In this document: positions 18,639 through 28,394 of the stretch, in pieces | How the letters are laid out: each line of letters starts with the position of its first letter | Position numbering within the stretch: the first letter of the stretch is position 1 | Assembly (NCBI GenBank): GCA_905477545.1 | Contig: CAJQGN010000002.1 | Span: 1-62,468, forward strand | Source of the DNA: an uncultured Acidimicrobiales bacterium | GTDB lineage: Bacteria > Actinomycetota > Acidimicrobiia > Acidimicrobiales > Poriferisodalaceae | DNA length: 62,468 nt | Direction of reading: 5' to 3' | The notes under the pieces: model-generated | The model's database searches: none | Seen by the model: the letters and a program-made list of their open reading frames with translations, nothing else | Told to the model about the DNA's origin: nothing | Made by a program: the position numbers and the translations under genes

Positions 18639-19786
18639 AGAATTTTGCCCATTCGTTCTAGCGTGCTAGTAAGCAGCTCCGGTGAGGTAGCAAAATTTAA
18701 TCGCACAAACCCGGAGCCACTCTCTCCAAAATCAAGTCCAGAATTAAGTCGGACGCTAGCTCTCTCCAGAAACACCGAACCTGGATCATCGCCTAAGCCG
18801 AGATCGTTACAATCTAACCAAGATAGATAAGTAGCTTTTGGCTGGTGGTAAACAACTCCGGGTAGATGTTCAACAATTAGCTCCGACAGCATTTGACGAT
18901 TTCCGTCGAGCCCCGATAGCAACTCTGCAATCCAAGCATCACCATATTCCCATCCAGCAACCGTGGCAATCTGTCCCAAACCGTTTATGCCTCCAAAAAG
19001 ACGCGGAGGAATTGCTTTCAAGAGTGGCCCATGCTTATCCGAGGCCGTGTGCATAAACGACATCCGCAAGCCAGCTATATTAAACGTCTTAGTCGCGGCA
19101 GTCACCGTTACAGTTCGTTGTTTAGCGATATCGCTGATAGATGCAGCTGGTATGTGCTTGTTCGGCTCGTAAACAAGATCGCTGTGAATCTCATCTGAAA
19201 TAACTAACAAATCGTTTTCTTCAGCAATTGAATAAATAGTACGCAAATCACTTTCACTGAACACAACTCCACAAGGATTATGTGGGTGGCATAACATCAA
19301 TGTTCTCACATTAGACCTTTTGGCCACTTCGCTTAAATGATCAAAGTCAAGGTGCCAACCATGTTCATCGCTAACCCTAAGAGGGTTTGAGATAACTACT
19401 CGGCCTAAATCTTCAATGCTTTTATAGAAGGGAGGGTAGGCAGGAGTTTGAAGCACAATGCCCGAACCTGGTTCGGTTAAAACATTGATGGCCCATTGGA
19501 TACTTTGTACGACATCATGTTGTCGAATAACATCATCACCAGAAATTTCCCAATTAAATTTGGCCAGCATTCGATTAACGAAAGCTTCAATCACCGGTAT
19601 CGGCTCATCATAAAAATCGTAGCCTAAGCCACCGGTATCAATTCGTTTTTTTATTGCGTCAATAATAAAATCAGGGACCTCGACGTCCATGTCCGCTACC
19701 CAGGCAGCCATGACATCAGGTCCGTGACGTTGCCACTTGATACCTGGTCTATTTTTTACACGATCTGTATCCAAATCAAAGATCAT
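18635..19786 (-). CDS. PLP-dependent aminotransferase/C-S lyase (PatB/MalY family)
   Basis: 383 aa. PLP-lysine context ATKTFNIAGLR and LCHPHNPCG. Confidence 0.8.
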   Translation of the reverse strand: MIFDLDTDRVKNRPGIKWQRHGPDVMAAWVADMDVEVPDFIIDAIKKRIDTGGLGYDFYDEPIPVIEAFVNRMLAKFNWEISGDDVIRQHDVVQSIQWAINVLTEPGSGIVLQTPAYPPFYKSIEDLGRVVISNPLRVSDEHGWHLDFDHLSEVAKRSNVRTLMLCHPHNPCGVVFSESDLRTIYSIAEENDLLVISDEIHSDLVYEPNKHIPAASISDIAKQRTVTVTAATKTFNIAGLRMSFMHTASDKHGPLLKAIPPRLFGGINGLGQIATVAGWEYGDAWIAELLSGLDGNRQMLSELIVEHLPGVVYHQPKATYLSWLDCNDLGLGDDPGSVFLERASVRLNSGLDFGESGSGFVRLNFATSPELLTSTLERMGKIL

Positions 19787-19838
19787 AGGAAGAGGCTAGA
19801 GACTGCTGACTATCAATGTCGTGAAAAGCAAATGATCT

Positions 19839-20576
19839 CTAGAATACTCCAATCATTCTTAACGCTAGGGCAACTACAGCAATGATGAGAACAGGTCGAA
19901 TTACTCTATCCCCGCCTCGCACTGCGAGACGCGCACCAATCCAACCTCCGAGTGCAAAACCTAAGGCAAGTACCGCAGCGAAACCCCAATCCACCTGACT
20001 TCGTATTATGAAAACCGGTAGTGCAAAAAACGTTAGAACTAAAATTACAAATACTTTCACTGCATTTGCGTTAACTAGGTCGAGTCCCGATCGTGCTAGA
20101 GCAACCACTAAAACCAAACCTACTCCGGCTTGGAACGCTCCTCCATAAATACCTATCGCGAAAAAAACTACATATGTAGTAATGGGCCGCCAAGTGATTT
20201 CGACACTCGATACTTTCGGCGGCCGAAGGCTCAAAAACAAAATAGGCAGCATCAAAACACCAAAGACACGTTCAAAACTTTCGCTCGTAAGGCTCGAAAC
20301 AACTAGTGAACCAAAGATTGATCCAATAATTATTGGTATCAACACTGGTACGGCCCGTGATAAGCCAGAAATCCCCTCACGTCTATATCCAGCAACAGAC
20401 GCAATGTTCTGAACGGCCACACCAACCCGATTAGTGCCATTAGCTACAAGCCCGGGTAAATCGCCAAAGATAGTCAAAAGGGCAACCGTCAGCAATGAAC
20501 CTCCGCCCGCCATTGCATTCACTATGCCCGCAATAAGACCGGCGCTAACAATAACTATTGCTTGAGTAACGGTCAT
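19839..20576 (-). CDS. TauE/SafE-family anion exporter membrane protein
   Basis: 245-aa, roughly 8-TM ORF with a glycine-rich N-terminal helix (AGIVNAMAGGGS). Confidence 0.7.
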   Translation of the reverse strand: MTVTQAIVIVSAGLIAGIVNAMAGGGSLLTVALLTIFGDLPGLVANGTNRVGVAVQNIASVAGYRREGISGLSRAVPVLIPIIIGSIFGSLVVSSLTSESFERVFGVLMLPILFLSLRPPKVSSVEITWRPITTYVVFFAIGIYGGAFQAGVGLVLVVALARSGLDLVNANAVKVFVILVLTFFALPVFIIRSQVDWGFAAVLALGFALGGWIGARLAVRGGDRVIRPVLIIAVVALALRMIGVF

Positions 20577-20671
20577 CTAGCCATAATGACCGCTAATTAC
20601 CCGAGTTCCTTTGATACTAAGTATCTAATTGGGTTCACCGAACGGCCTCACGGCCTCTACCCTCTTTAAAG

Positions 20672-21757
20672 ATGGGCGGTAATTCTTTTGGCGAACGATT
20701 CCGAGTCACTACTTTTGGTGAATCTCACGGTGGCGGAGTAGGAGTAATAATTGATGGCTGTCCACCAATGCTTGAACTAGATGAAGCTTTAATACAAACG
20801 GAGCTTGACCGCAGAAGACCAGGACAGAGTCGTTTGGTGACCCAACGTCAAGAAGCTGACCGAGTTCAAATATTTTCTGGGCTCTTCGAAGGTCTTACCT
20901 TGGGGACGCCAATCGGCATGCTTGTCATGAATACCGATGCCAGGCCAGGTGCATACGATAATATGCGAGATGTTTTTCGTCCAAGCCATGCTGACTACAC
21001 CACCGAAGCAAAATTCGGTATACGCAATTGGCAAGGCGGTGGAAGGGCTTCTGCCCGAGAGACAATTGGGCGAGTGGCTGCCGGAGCAATTGCTCGAAAA
21101 GTAATTGAAAAAGCAGCGGGCATAGAAGTACTAGGCTGCGTCACCTCAGTTGCTTCAATTCAGGCCGAGATTAATTTAAATTCATTCACGCGTGCCGATG
21201 TAGAAGCTGACCCAACTAGATGCCCTGACCCTGATGCCGCATCTAAGATCACTGGAGCTATTGATTCAGCTAGGCGTGATGGTAATTCCCTAGGTGGCAT
21301 CGTAACTTGCGTAGCAAGATCAATGATCCCAGGTTTAGGCGAACCAGTTTTCGACAAATTAGATGCGGATTTAGCTGGAGGATTAATGTCTCTCCCCGCA
21401 GCTAAGGGAATAGAAATTGGAAGCGGTTTCGCCGGTACTTTAATGACCGGTCGAGAGCACAATGACCTTTTTGTTCCAGGACCAGAAGGAATGCCCAAAA
21501 CCACTACTAATAATAGTGGCGGCATTCAAGGAGGTATTAGCAACGGCGCAGACTTAGTTATTCGTGTTGCTTTTAAGCCCACTGCAACAATTAGTTCACC
21601 ACAAGAAACAGTGGATAGAGAAAATAATTCACAAGTCCTTGAAGCAAAAGGTCGACACGATCCATGTGTTCTACCTCGAGCCGTTCCTATGGTTGAGGCA
21701 ATGGTTTGTTTAGTATTAGCCGATCATTTTCTTCGACAACAATCAACAAACATTTAA
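20672..21757 (+). CDS. aroC: chorismate synthase
   Basis: 361 aa with [17 protein letters not shown] and [10 protein letters not shown]. Confidence 0.93.
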   Translation: MGGNSFGERFRVTTFGESHGGGVGVIIDGCPPMLELDEALIQTELDRRRPGQSRLVTQRQEADRVQIFSGLFEGLTLGTPIGMLVMNTDARPGAYDNMRDVFRPSHADYTTEAKFGIRNWQGGGRASARETIGRVAAGAIARKVIEKAAGIEVLGCVTSVASIQAEINLNSFTRADVEADPTRCPDPDAASKITGAIDSARRDGNSLGGIVTCVARSMIPGLGEPVFDKLDADLAGGLMSLPAAKGIEIGSGFAGTLMTGREHNDLFVPGPEGMPKTTTNNSGGIQGGISNGADLVIRVAFKPTATISSPQETVDRENNSQVLEAKGRHDPCVLPRAVPMVEAMVCLVLADHFLRQQSTNI

Positions 21758-21768
21758 ATTGACGTAAT

Positions 21769-22620
21769 CTATTCGTCGCGCTGTTCTCGCAGAAACTTTT
21801 GGAATTCCGCAGCAAGGTCGTCACCAGATGGGAGATCTGTCTCAGATGCCCTTTCAACTTCTTCTTCAAGTTGGCGGACATAGTCCATTATTTCCGGATC
21901 TTGGGAAACTGCATCAGCTACACGCTCTTCCCATTCAAGTGAGCTCACGTCAAGATCGTTATAACCCGTCAGGACCCCTGTGACGTGCTCAAATTCTTGG
22001 AGGAGAGCACGAGTGCCTTTTGGATTTGGAGGCCCGGCGACATAATGAGGTATCCCAACTCTCAGAGAAACCACGGGCAACGAAGCTCGGTCCAGGGAAT
22101 CATGTAGCGTCCCTATTATTCCAGTAGGCCCTTGATAACTTGGTCGATCTAAACCAAGGCGTCGCGCCAGCTCAGGATTTGCCGCGCTGCCTTTTACTTC
22201 TGAAGGCCTTGAATGGGGAACGCCGGCCGCCATAGCTCCAAGAGTTACAACCATTTCACAATTAGTATCGGTCGCAATTTCTACTACTGACTCACAAAAC
22301 GTTCGCCATCGCATTCTTGGCTCAATCCCCTGTAACAAAACCAGATCGTGTGACAAATTATTTTCGATTACGTGAACGTCCAAAGAAGGCCACCGAACTA
22401 AGCGATCACCTTCTTCATTGATATACACTTCCGGTCGTACTTCTTGGAAGTCATAAAACTCTTCCGGATCAATGTGAGCGATACGACGAGCTTTATGGTG
22501 ATTAATTATCCAATCAATTGCCCCAGTGGCACACTCGCCAGCATCAAACAAACCTTGAAATGCGACCACTAAAAGCGGACGCTGGAGGCTGGGCGCTTCA
22601 CCCCATACAACTTCACTCAT
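21769..22620 (-). CDS. PAC2-family (proteasome assembly chaperone-like) protein
   Basis: N-terminal PLLVVAFQGLFDAGE typical of PAC2. Start trimmed to the ATG at 22620 (MSEVVWGE). The ORF-track extension to 22854 begins with TTG and looks like non-coding AT-rich sequence. Confidence 0.7.
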   Translation of the reverse strand: MSEVVWGEAPSLQRPLLVVAFQGLFDAGECATGAIDWIINHHKARRIAHIDPEEFYDFQEVRPEVYINEEGDRLVRWPSLDVHVIENNLSHDLVLLQGIEPRMRWRTFCESVVEIATDTNCEMVVTLGAMAAGVPHSRPSEVKGSAANPELARRLGLDRPSYQGPTGIIGTLHDSLDRASLPVVSLRVGIPHYVAGPPNPKGTRALLQEFEHVTGVLTGYNDLDVSSLEWEERVADAVSQDPEIMDYVRQLEEEVERASETDLPSGDDLAAEFQKFLREQRDE

Positions 22621-22918
22621 ATGTAATAATAAGGCCAAAAAACGCTGCAATGTCTTATTCACTGCAGGATCTTTATTCTTTTTAATTCCTCTTGAAGTAG
22701 CTATCGGTAACTTCGCTTCAAAAGAAAATTGGCTCTTAGTAACAGAAGTGACAAAATTTGGACAAACCAACCTTCTACCAGAGAACGTATAAATAGTTCG
22801 CTTAGCCTGCCCTAACGCTAGGGCTACTTTCAACGGACAGACTGCAAAAATCAAGTCCGACTATGTTAGAACTCACGAAAGCTTTGCTCAGCAACTGCCA
22901 TTTCTGCCAGTATGTACT

Positions 22919-23608
22919 GTGCAGCAATTACCAACTGGGACTCAATTAGTTCGTGGAGAAGCCTGGGCGATCGGTCTCACTTACTTCACAGTGGCTATAA
23001 CAGTCTCAATTGTTCATCGCACCGCTGGGACTGATCCATGGTTGATTGTCGCAGCTGCTCTAATAGTAAATTCCGCGACAGCCACATTAGCCTTTGCATC
23101 AGCCACCGCTTCGGGAGGAAGCGCTGTGACTGGGGTTCTTAGCTCTTGGATAGTTAGCACTAGATTTGGTTTGCTTGCCGCTACTATTGCTCCCCGTCTC
23201 TGGTCATCACGTAAAAAAAGACTTTTCGCCGCTTATAGTTGCTTTGACCCTAACGTGGCTCTCGCTCTTCGTGAAGAAGAAGATAGCAACCTGCGACGCG
23301 TATACGTTTCGTTGTCACTATGGCTCATAATACCTTGGTGGGTAGGTTCCGTTGTCGGCGTCTTCGTCGGCAATATTATTTCTAATCCTCTAGCGCTCGG
23401 CCTAGACGTCATGTTCCCAGCTTTATTTGTTGCACTATTATGGCGGCAGTTAGACCACGGGCTTAGTAAATTAGTCGGATTAGCTGGGGCTGCAGTCGCT
23501 CTTGGGACCGTGGAATTCGTTCCCGGTGGCCTGCCGATCCTCTTAGCAGCTTTCACTGCCCTACTTGGACTCCGCAAAAAAAACACTCCTCCCAACGAGC
23601 TCCATTAA
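22919..23608 (+). CDS. azlC: AzlC-family branched-chain amino acid exporter subunit
   Basis: 229-aa polytopic membrane ORF followed after 5 nt by a 101-aa AzlD-sized membrane ORF. The call rests on size, topology and pairing. Confidence 0.6.
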   Translation: MQQLPTGTQLVRGEAWAIGLTYFTVAITVSIVHRTAGTDPWLIVAAALIVNSATATLAFASATASGGSAVTGVLSSWIVSTRFGLLAATIAPRLWSSRKKRLFAAYSCFDPNVALALREEEDSNLRRVYVSLSLWLIIPWWVGSVVGVFVGNIISNPLALGLDVMFPALFVALLWRQLDHGLSKLVGLAGAAVALGTVEFVPGGLPILLAAFTALLGLRKKNTPPNELH

Positions 23609-23613
23609 ACGGT

Positions 23614-23919
23614 ATGTTGACTTGGGGAGCACTGTTGTTTATCGCCGCTGGCGTTTACGGTCAGCGACTTTTAGGTATGACCTCATCCAGTTCTAAGCGA
23701 CTCTCTGGTCCTTGGATCATCGTACTTAGCTATATACCAGTCGCTATTTTAGCTGCAGTAATAGCTTTGCAGACCTTGACTCACCAAGGCGAATTACAAA
23801 TAGATGCTCGAGTGGTTGGCATTACCGCAGCCGCGTTTTGTTGCTGGCGTCAATGGCCAATGGCCGCAGTTGTAACCATAGCCGCTCTAGCTACGGCATC
23901 CACACGACTGATTTTGTGA
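23614..23919 (+). CDS. azlD: AzlD-family small membrane protein
   Basis: 101-aa ORF with 3-4 TM helices, paired with the AzlC-like gene. Confidence 0.55.
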   Translation: MLTWGALLFIAAGVYGQRLLGMTSSSSKRLSGPWIIVLSYIPVAILAAVIALQTLTHQGELQIDARVVGITAAAFCCWRQWPMAAVVTIAALATASTRLIL

Positions 23920-23941
23920 CTATCTTCTAGTTGGAGGCATC

Positions 23942-24337
23942 ATGACTACATTGCGTTCTCGATACCCAGATCTTCTCAAACTCGTCGATCCGCCCCTCAT
24001 TGTCGGAGGGATTTGCAGACTCTGTGATTACCTTACTTTCCCGAGAGACCCTTATGGATGCGAAAACTGCGGATCGACAAGCGAGGAAATAGATTCGTAT
24101 GAGTTTTCACCAAGGGGCTTCATCCAGGCAGTAGCTACCGTTCATCGACACCACCACCCGAGCCCCGAAGTACCTTTTAACGTAGCTGTGATTACTTTAT
24201 CTGAAGGCCCATTGATTAAAGGAATCATTGAGGGTCACAACCCCAAAGTTGGTTCACTCGTTGAAGGCATCATCGCAGCTAGTAAGCCTGACTCAGAGGG
24301 TATTTCATGGGCTGATTTACGTTTCAGGTTGATTTAA
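23942..24337 (+). CDS. Zn-ribbon/OB-fold protein (DUF35, acyl-CoA-associated)
   Basis: 131 aa. Rubredoxin-like CRLC...CENCGS followed by an OB-like region. It lies 2 nt upstream of a thiolase-like partner, the classic DUF35-thiolase pair. Confidence 0.75.
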   Translation: MTTLRSRYPDLLKLVDPPLIVGGICRLCDYLTFPRDPYGCENCGSTSEEIDSYEFSPRGFIQAVATVHRHHHPSPEVPFNVAVITLSEGPLIKGIIEGHNPKVGSLVEGIIAASKPDSEGISWADLRFRLI

Positions 24338-24339
24338 CA

Positions 24340-25488
24340 ATGACCAAAAATATCTTGGCTAACAATCCTGTTTACGTTGTTGGCATTGGGTTTCACCGAT
24401 ACCAACGAACAAGTTCGCAAAGCTACGTTTCACTTGGATTAGCAGCTACTCGTGAAGCCCTCAAGGATGCAGCGATAGGTTGGCCCGGCGTCGAGGTTGC
24501 TTATACAGGCACAGCGATGTTAGGGATGGGCGCTAGCAGAATTATGTTAAGCCGGCTCGGGGCCACGGGGATTCCGATGACTCAAATTGAGAATGCCTCA
24601 GCTAGTGGATCATCCGCTGTTGCTTTAGCTTCTTTAGAAATTGCTTCTGGAAAATCGGATATCGCCTTGGCTTTGGGAGTGGACAAACAGTCCGGCGGTT
24701 TAGGAGCTGCGCCGGCAAAAGCGGGAATCAACAATCTCGAAGCTGGCGCTATAGTTCCATTCACTCATTTCGCTCTTTTAGCTTCTGAGTACATGCATCT
24801 GCACGGGACCAAGCCCGAACACGTGGCAGCCGTTGCGTTTAAGAACCACAGAAATGGAGCTAACAATCCATACGCGCAGCGTCAAAAGCATCGATCCCTC
24901 GAAGAGATAATGAGTGAGCCCATTTCCGGTTCGCTTACTCGACTTCAATGCTGCCCTGTTGGGGAAGGAGCTGCGGCGGTTATTTTGGCTTCTGAGGCAG
25001 GAATTAAAAAGCTCGGGATAGACAAAAGGCGGTCAGTCAAAATACTTTCCTCGGTCACTCGAACCGAAGGTTTGTATCCGCCAGGTGAAGGAATTGATGC
25101 CGCTCTAACTGCTGAAACAGCTCGGCTGGCTTTCGATCAATCATCTGTCGAGCCTTCGGACATCGATGTTTTAGAAGTCCATGATGCTTTTTCTATTGAA
25201 GAACTTCTATATGCCGAAGCACTTGGTATAACAAAACCTGGGGAAACAGCTTCTCTCATCCAATCAGGAAGCCTGGATATTGGCGGTAAATGCGCTATTA
25301 GCCCTTCCGGAGGGCTGTTAGCTATGGGTCATCCTATCGGACCAACTGGAGTCGGACAGATTGCTGAAATCACCCGTCAGCTACGCGGGGAGGCAGGGGT
25401 CCGCCAACAACCGAACGCTCAAACAGCGTTAGCCCACATGGTTGGTATTGGAGCAGTATGCGTGGTTCATGTTCTACAAAAAAACTAA
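24340..25488 (+). CDS. thiolase-like protein (SCP-x/nonspecific lipid-transfer thiolase type)
   Basis: 382 aa. Active-site Cys context ENASASGSSAV, C-terminal SPSGGLLAMGHPIGPTGVGQ. Confidence 0.8.
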   Translation: MTKNILANNPVYVVGIGFHRYQRTSSQSYVSLGLAATREALKDAAIGWPGVEVAYTGTAMLGMGASRIMLSRLGATGIPMTQIENASASGSSAVALASLEIASGKSDIALALGVDKQSGGLGAAPAKAGINNLEAGAIVPFTHFALLASEYMHLHGTKPEHVAAVAFKNHRNGANNPYAQRQKHRSLEEIMSEPISGSLTRLQCCPVGEGAAAVILASEAGIKKLGIDKRRSVKILSSVTRTEGLYPPGEGIDAALTAETARLAFDQSSVEPSDIDVLEVHDAFSIEELLYAEALGITKPGETASLIQSGSLDIGGKCAISPSGGLLAMGHPIGPTGVGQIAEITRQLRGEAGVRQQPNAQTALAHMVGIGAVCVVHVLQKN

Positions 25489-25504
25489 GTAAAGAAGCTG
25501 GTTA

Positions 25505-26989
25505 TTAATTGCGCGGGAATCCTAAGTCGACGCTACTTGTCCCCGGGTCTGGCCATCGTGCTGTTACAACTTTCGCTCGAGTGAAAAATCTGACCCCGTC
25601 AGGTCCGTACATGTGTGCGTCACCAAAAAGTGATGCTTTCCAGCCGCCAAAAGAATGGTATGCAACAGGTACTGGAATTGGCACGTTAATTCCTACCATC
25701 CCTACCTCTACCTCATGTTGGAATTTACGTGCTGCGCCTCCGTCACGGGTAAATATCGCCGTTCCATTACCGTAGGGATTTGAATTAATAAGTGTAATCG
25801 CCTCTTCAAATGTCGTTACTCTCACCACACTAAGCACGGGACCAAATATCTCATCTCTGTAACACTCCATATCTCGAGTTACCTGATCTAACAACGTCGG
25901 TCCATAAAAAAATCCCGCTTTAGGAAGATTTCGATCTGCTCCATCTTCCACTACTACAGCTCCCGCCTCACGAGCTCGCATCACATACGCCGCAACTTTA
26001 TCTCTATGTTCTGCCGTTATTAGAGGTCCCATTTCTGAGTCCGGTGCATCGCCTGGTCCGATTTTCACATTGGGGATGCGACTTGCAATTGCTTCGACTA
26101 TCTCATCAGCAGCAGTACCTACTGCAACTACCGCACTTATCGCCATACATCTTTCGCCAGCTGATCCATATGCAGCGCTTACTGCTGCATCAGCAGCCAT
26201 TTCAATATCAGCATCTGGTAACACAAGCATGTGGTTCTTCGCTCCTCCCAAAGCTTGAACCCGTTTCCCCGCCTGAGTCCCACGTTCATAGACGTAGCGC
26301 GCTATTGGGGTAGAACCCACAAAACTTATTGCCGATATCCCCGGATGGTTTATTAACCCATCTACAGCAACTTTGTCACCGTTCAGTACGTTAAACACTC
26401 CATCAGGCAGGCCTGCCTCTTTGAACCATTCAGCGATAAGCATCGAGGCTGAAGGATCACGCTCCGAAGGTTTGCAAATAAAGGTATTCCCACTAGCTAT
26501 TGCTGTAGCAAACATCCAACATGGAACCATGGCTGGAAAGTTGAATGGGGTAATTCCGACCACAACCCCCAAGGGCTGCCGCAAGCTATACACCTCTATC
26601 CCTGCTGAAACTTGCTCGTTTATTTCTCCCTTTAAATGCTGGCCAATACCGCATGCGAATTCAACATTTTCAATCCCGCGCGCCACCTCACCAAAAGCAT
26701 CCGAGATCACTTTTCCATGTTCTCTACTGATAATTTTCGCTAACTCATTTGCGCGAGCTGAAAGAATTTCTCGAAACGCAAACATTATTTGAGTGCGTTG
26801 CGTCAATGAACTTTCTTTCCACGATAACGCCGCTTCTTGGGCTACCGTCACAGCCTCATTGACCTCATCGAGCGATGCTAAATCCACCTCAGCTTGTACT
26901 AGCCCGCTTGACGGATCATAGACGTTGTGCACACGGCCACTCGTCCCTATTTGCTTCTGACCGCTAATGAAATGATGAATTTTTCTCAC
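25505..26989 (-). CDS. mmsA: CoA-acylating methylmalonate-semialdehyde dehydrogenase
   Basis: 494 aa. Catalytic Cys GERCMA, plus FTRDGGAARKF and VGINVPIPVPVAYHSFGGWK, which are hallmarks of MMSDH. Confidence 0.88.
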   Translation of the reverse strand: MRKIHHFISGQKQIGTSGRVHNVYDPSSGLVQAEVDLASLDEVNEAVTVAQEAALSWKESSLTQRTQIMFAFREILSARANELAKIISREHGKVISDAFGEVARGIENVEFACGIGQHLKGEINEQVSAGIEVYSLRQPLGVVVGITPFNFPAMVPCWMFATAIASGNTFICKPSERDPSASMLIAEWFKEAGLPDGVFNVLNGDKVAVDGLINHPGISAISFVGSTPIARYVYERGTQAGKRVQALGGAKNHMLVLPDADIEMAADAAVSAAYGSAGERCMAISAVVAVGTAADEIVEAIASRIPNVKIGPGDAPDSEMGPLITAEHRDKVAAYVMRAREAGAVVVEDGADRNLPKAGFFYGPTLLDQVTRDMECYRDEIFGPVLSVVRVTTFEEAITLINSNPYGNGTAIFTRDGGAARKFQHEVEVGMVGINVPIPVPVAYHSFGGWKASLFGDAHMYGPDGVRFFTRAKVVTARWPDPGTSSVDLGFPRN

Positions 26990-27049
26990 TTAAATACATT
27001 AATCCTAAACGCGACAAATTCTCAGTTGAAAATCTACCTAACCGAAATT

Positions 27050-28216
27050 TCAATACAAGCCAGCTCGTCCAAGACGATCCAAACAAACCTCTACACTCCA
27101 TGGAAGCATCGTGGCACCGCACCGAGCATCACGGTAATGCTGTTCTAATTTGCTTGGGCGAAGCATCGATCTACCTCCGCATATACGTATTGCTTCAGAA
27201 GCAATCGCTGGAGCGCCTTCCATGGTTGTTATCATCGCAGACCAAGCCCTTCTCAACGCTGCCGGTGACGGGTCTACAGATGACTCTTCTAACACCCGGT
27301 ACATAAGCGCCTGCGTTTGGTCATACTTGAGTTGCATACCAGCCCAACCAGCTTGTTTTATATGGTTATCCTTTCGGGATTCAACCCCATGTTCTCCTCT
27401 CAGATACTCCTCGGTAGTATCTATGACAGCTTTCATAAGGCCCAAGTAGCTGAAACTCAACGTCATGTAGAAGTACGGGAACCGCCGGCTCATTGCATCA
27501 AAGGCCCCAGGTGGAACAACTTCATTGTCACCTGGGACAAATACGTTATTCATTATCAAATTTCGCGAATCGGTTCCCCTCATCCCCAATGGATCCCACA
27601 CACCTTCAACAGATAGGCCTTCGCTACCAGCTGGCACTCCAAGAAGCCTCAGCCTTCTATCACCTTCAACGATTGCAACCACATTGTGGATGTCAGCCGC
27701 ACCACTTAACGACGCAAATATTTTTCTCCCCGTAACTCTGTACCCGCCAGCCACTGGCACCGCAATCGTATTAACAGGTGACGTACTTCCGAGACTTCTA
27801 CCTTCTGAGAATGGTTGCGAGTGAATAAGATGTTGAGAGCACATTCCTTCCCACAACGCGGGTCGAGTGCGCTTAAGGTGTTGCTTCATTTCATTATCAA
27901 AATCTAACTCCTCAGAAATCCAACCAGCAAGCAACGCTGTTGCGGTGTGCATATTAAACGTCAAGGCAGTAGTAGGACATGCACGCGCGAGTTCTTCAGA
28001 CACGAGAGCGTACCCAACGAAATCAGCCTCATACCCGCCATATTCTTTTGGGGCGCAGAGGCCAAGAAAACCTTCTGCGGCGAGCTCCGTCCAATTTTCA
28101 TAAGGAAAAGAAGCGTCTCGATCATATTGTGCTGATCGCGAAGAAAAGCTTGGTGCGAGCTGAGCTACCTGCTCGACTAAAGTCATTCGTTCTTTTGTCT
28201 GAATAGGGTGGGGCAT
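27050..28216 (-). CDS. acyl-CoA dehydrogenase family protein
   Basis: 388 aa with ACAD-like three-domain length and motifs (LCAPKEYGG, C-terminal ICGGRSM...YRDAR). Confidence 0.75.
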   Translation of the reverse strand: MPHPIQTKERMTLVEQVAQLAPSFSSRSAQYDRDASFPYENWTELAAEGFLGLCAPKEYGGYEADFVGYALVSEELARACPTTALTFNMHTATALLAGWISEELDFDNEMKQHLKRTRPALWEGMCSQHLIHSQPFSEGRSLGSTSPVNTIAVPVAGGYRVTGRKIFASLSGAADIHNVVAIVEGDRRLRLLGVPAGSEGLSVEGVWDPLGMRGTDSRNLIMNNVFVPGDNEVVPPGAFDAMSRRFPYFYMTLSFSYLGLMKAVIDTTEEYLRGEHGVESRKDNHIKQAGWAGMQLKYDQTQALMYRVLEESSVDPSPAALRRAWSAMITTMEGAPAIASEAIRICGGRSMLRPSKLEQHYRDARCGATMLPWSVEVCLDRLGRAGLY

Positions 28217-28394
28217 TCACTTCTCCCTGAACCACGTAGACCAATTAGCGTAGGTTGATAGCTGCAAGTCTGCTTAATTTAAGGGCTACGAAAAACAAAT
28301 TCCCTTGTTATCGCACTGATTAGACGCCATAGCCAAACCCTTAAACTTTTCTAGAACGTTCACTAACGAGTTCTGCAATCAAGAATGAAACAAT

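Noticed and set aside
22621-22854. 78-codon N-terminal extension of the PAC2 ORF (TTG start)
   Set aside because: PAC2 similarity starts at MSEVVWGE. The upstream part is AT-rich with atypical composition and more likely is the roughly 300-bp divergent promoter region shared with azlC.
27100-28206. Cluster of nine 60-99-aa plus-strand ORFs opposite the acyl-CoA dehydrogenase gene
   Set aside because: They overlap each other in several frames and have no start context or motifs. This is consistent with chance open frames antisense to a real gene.
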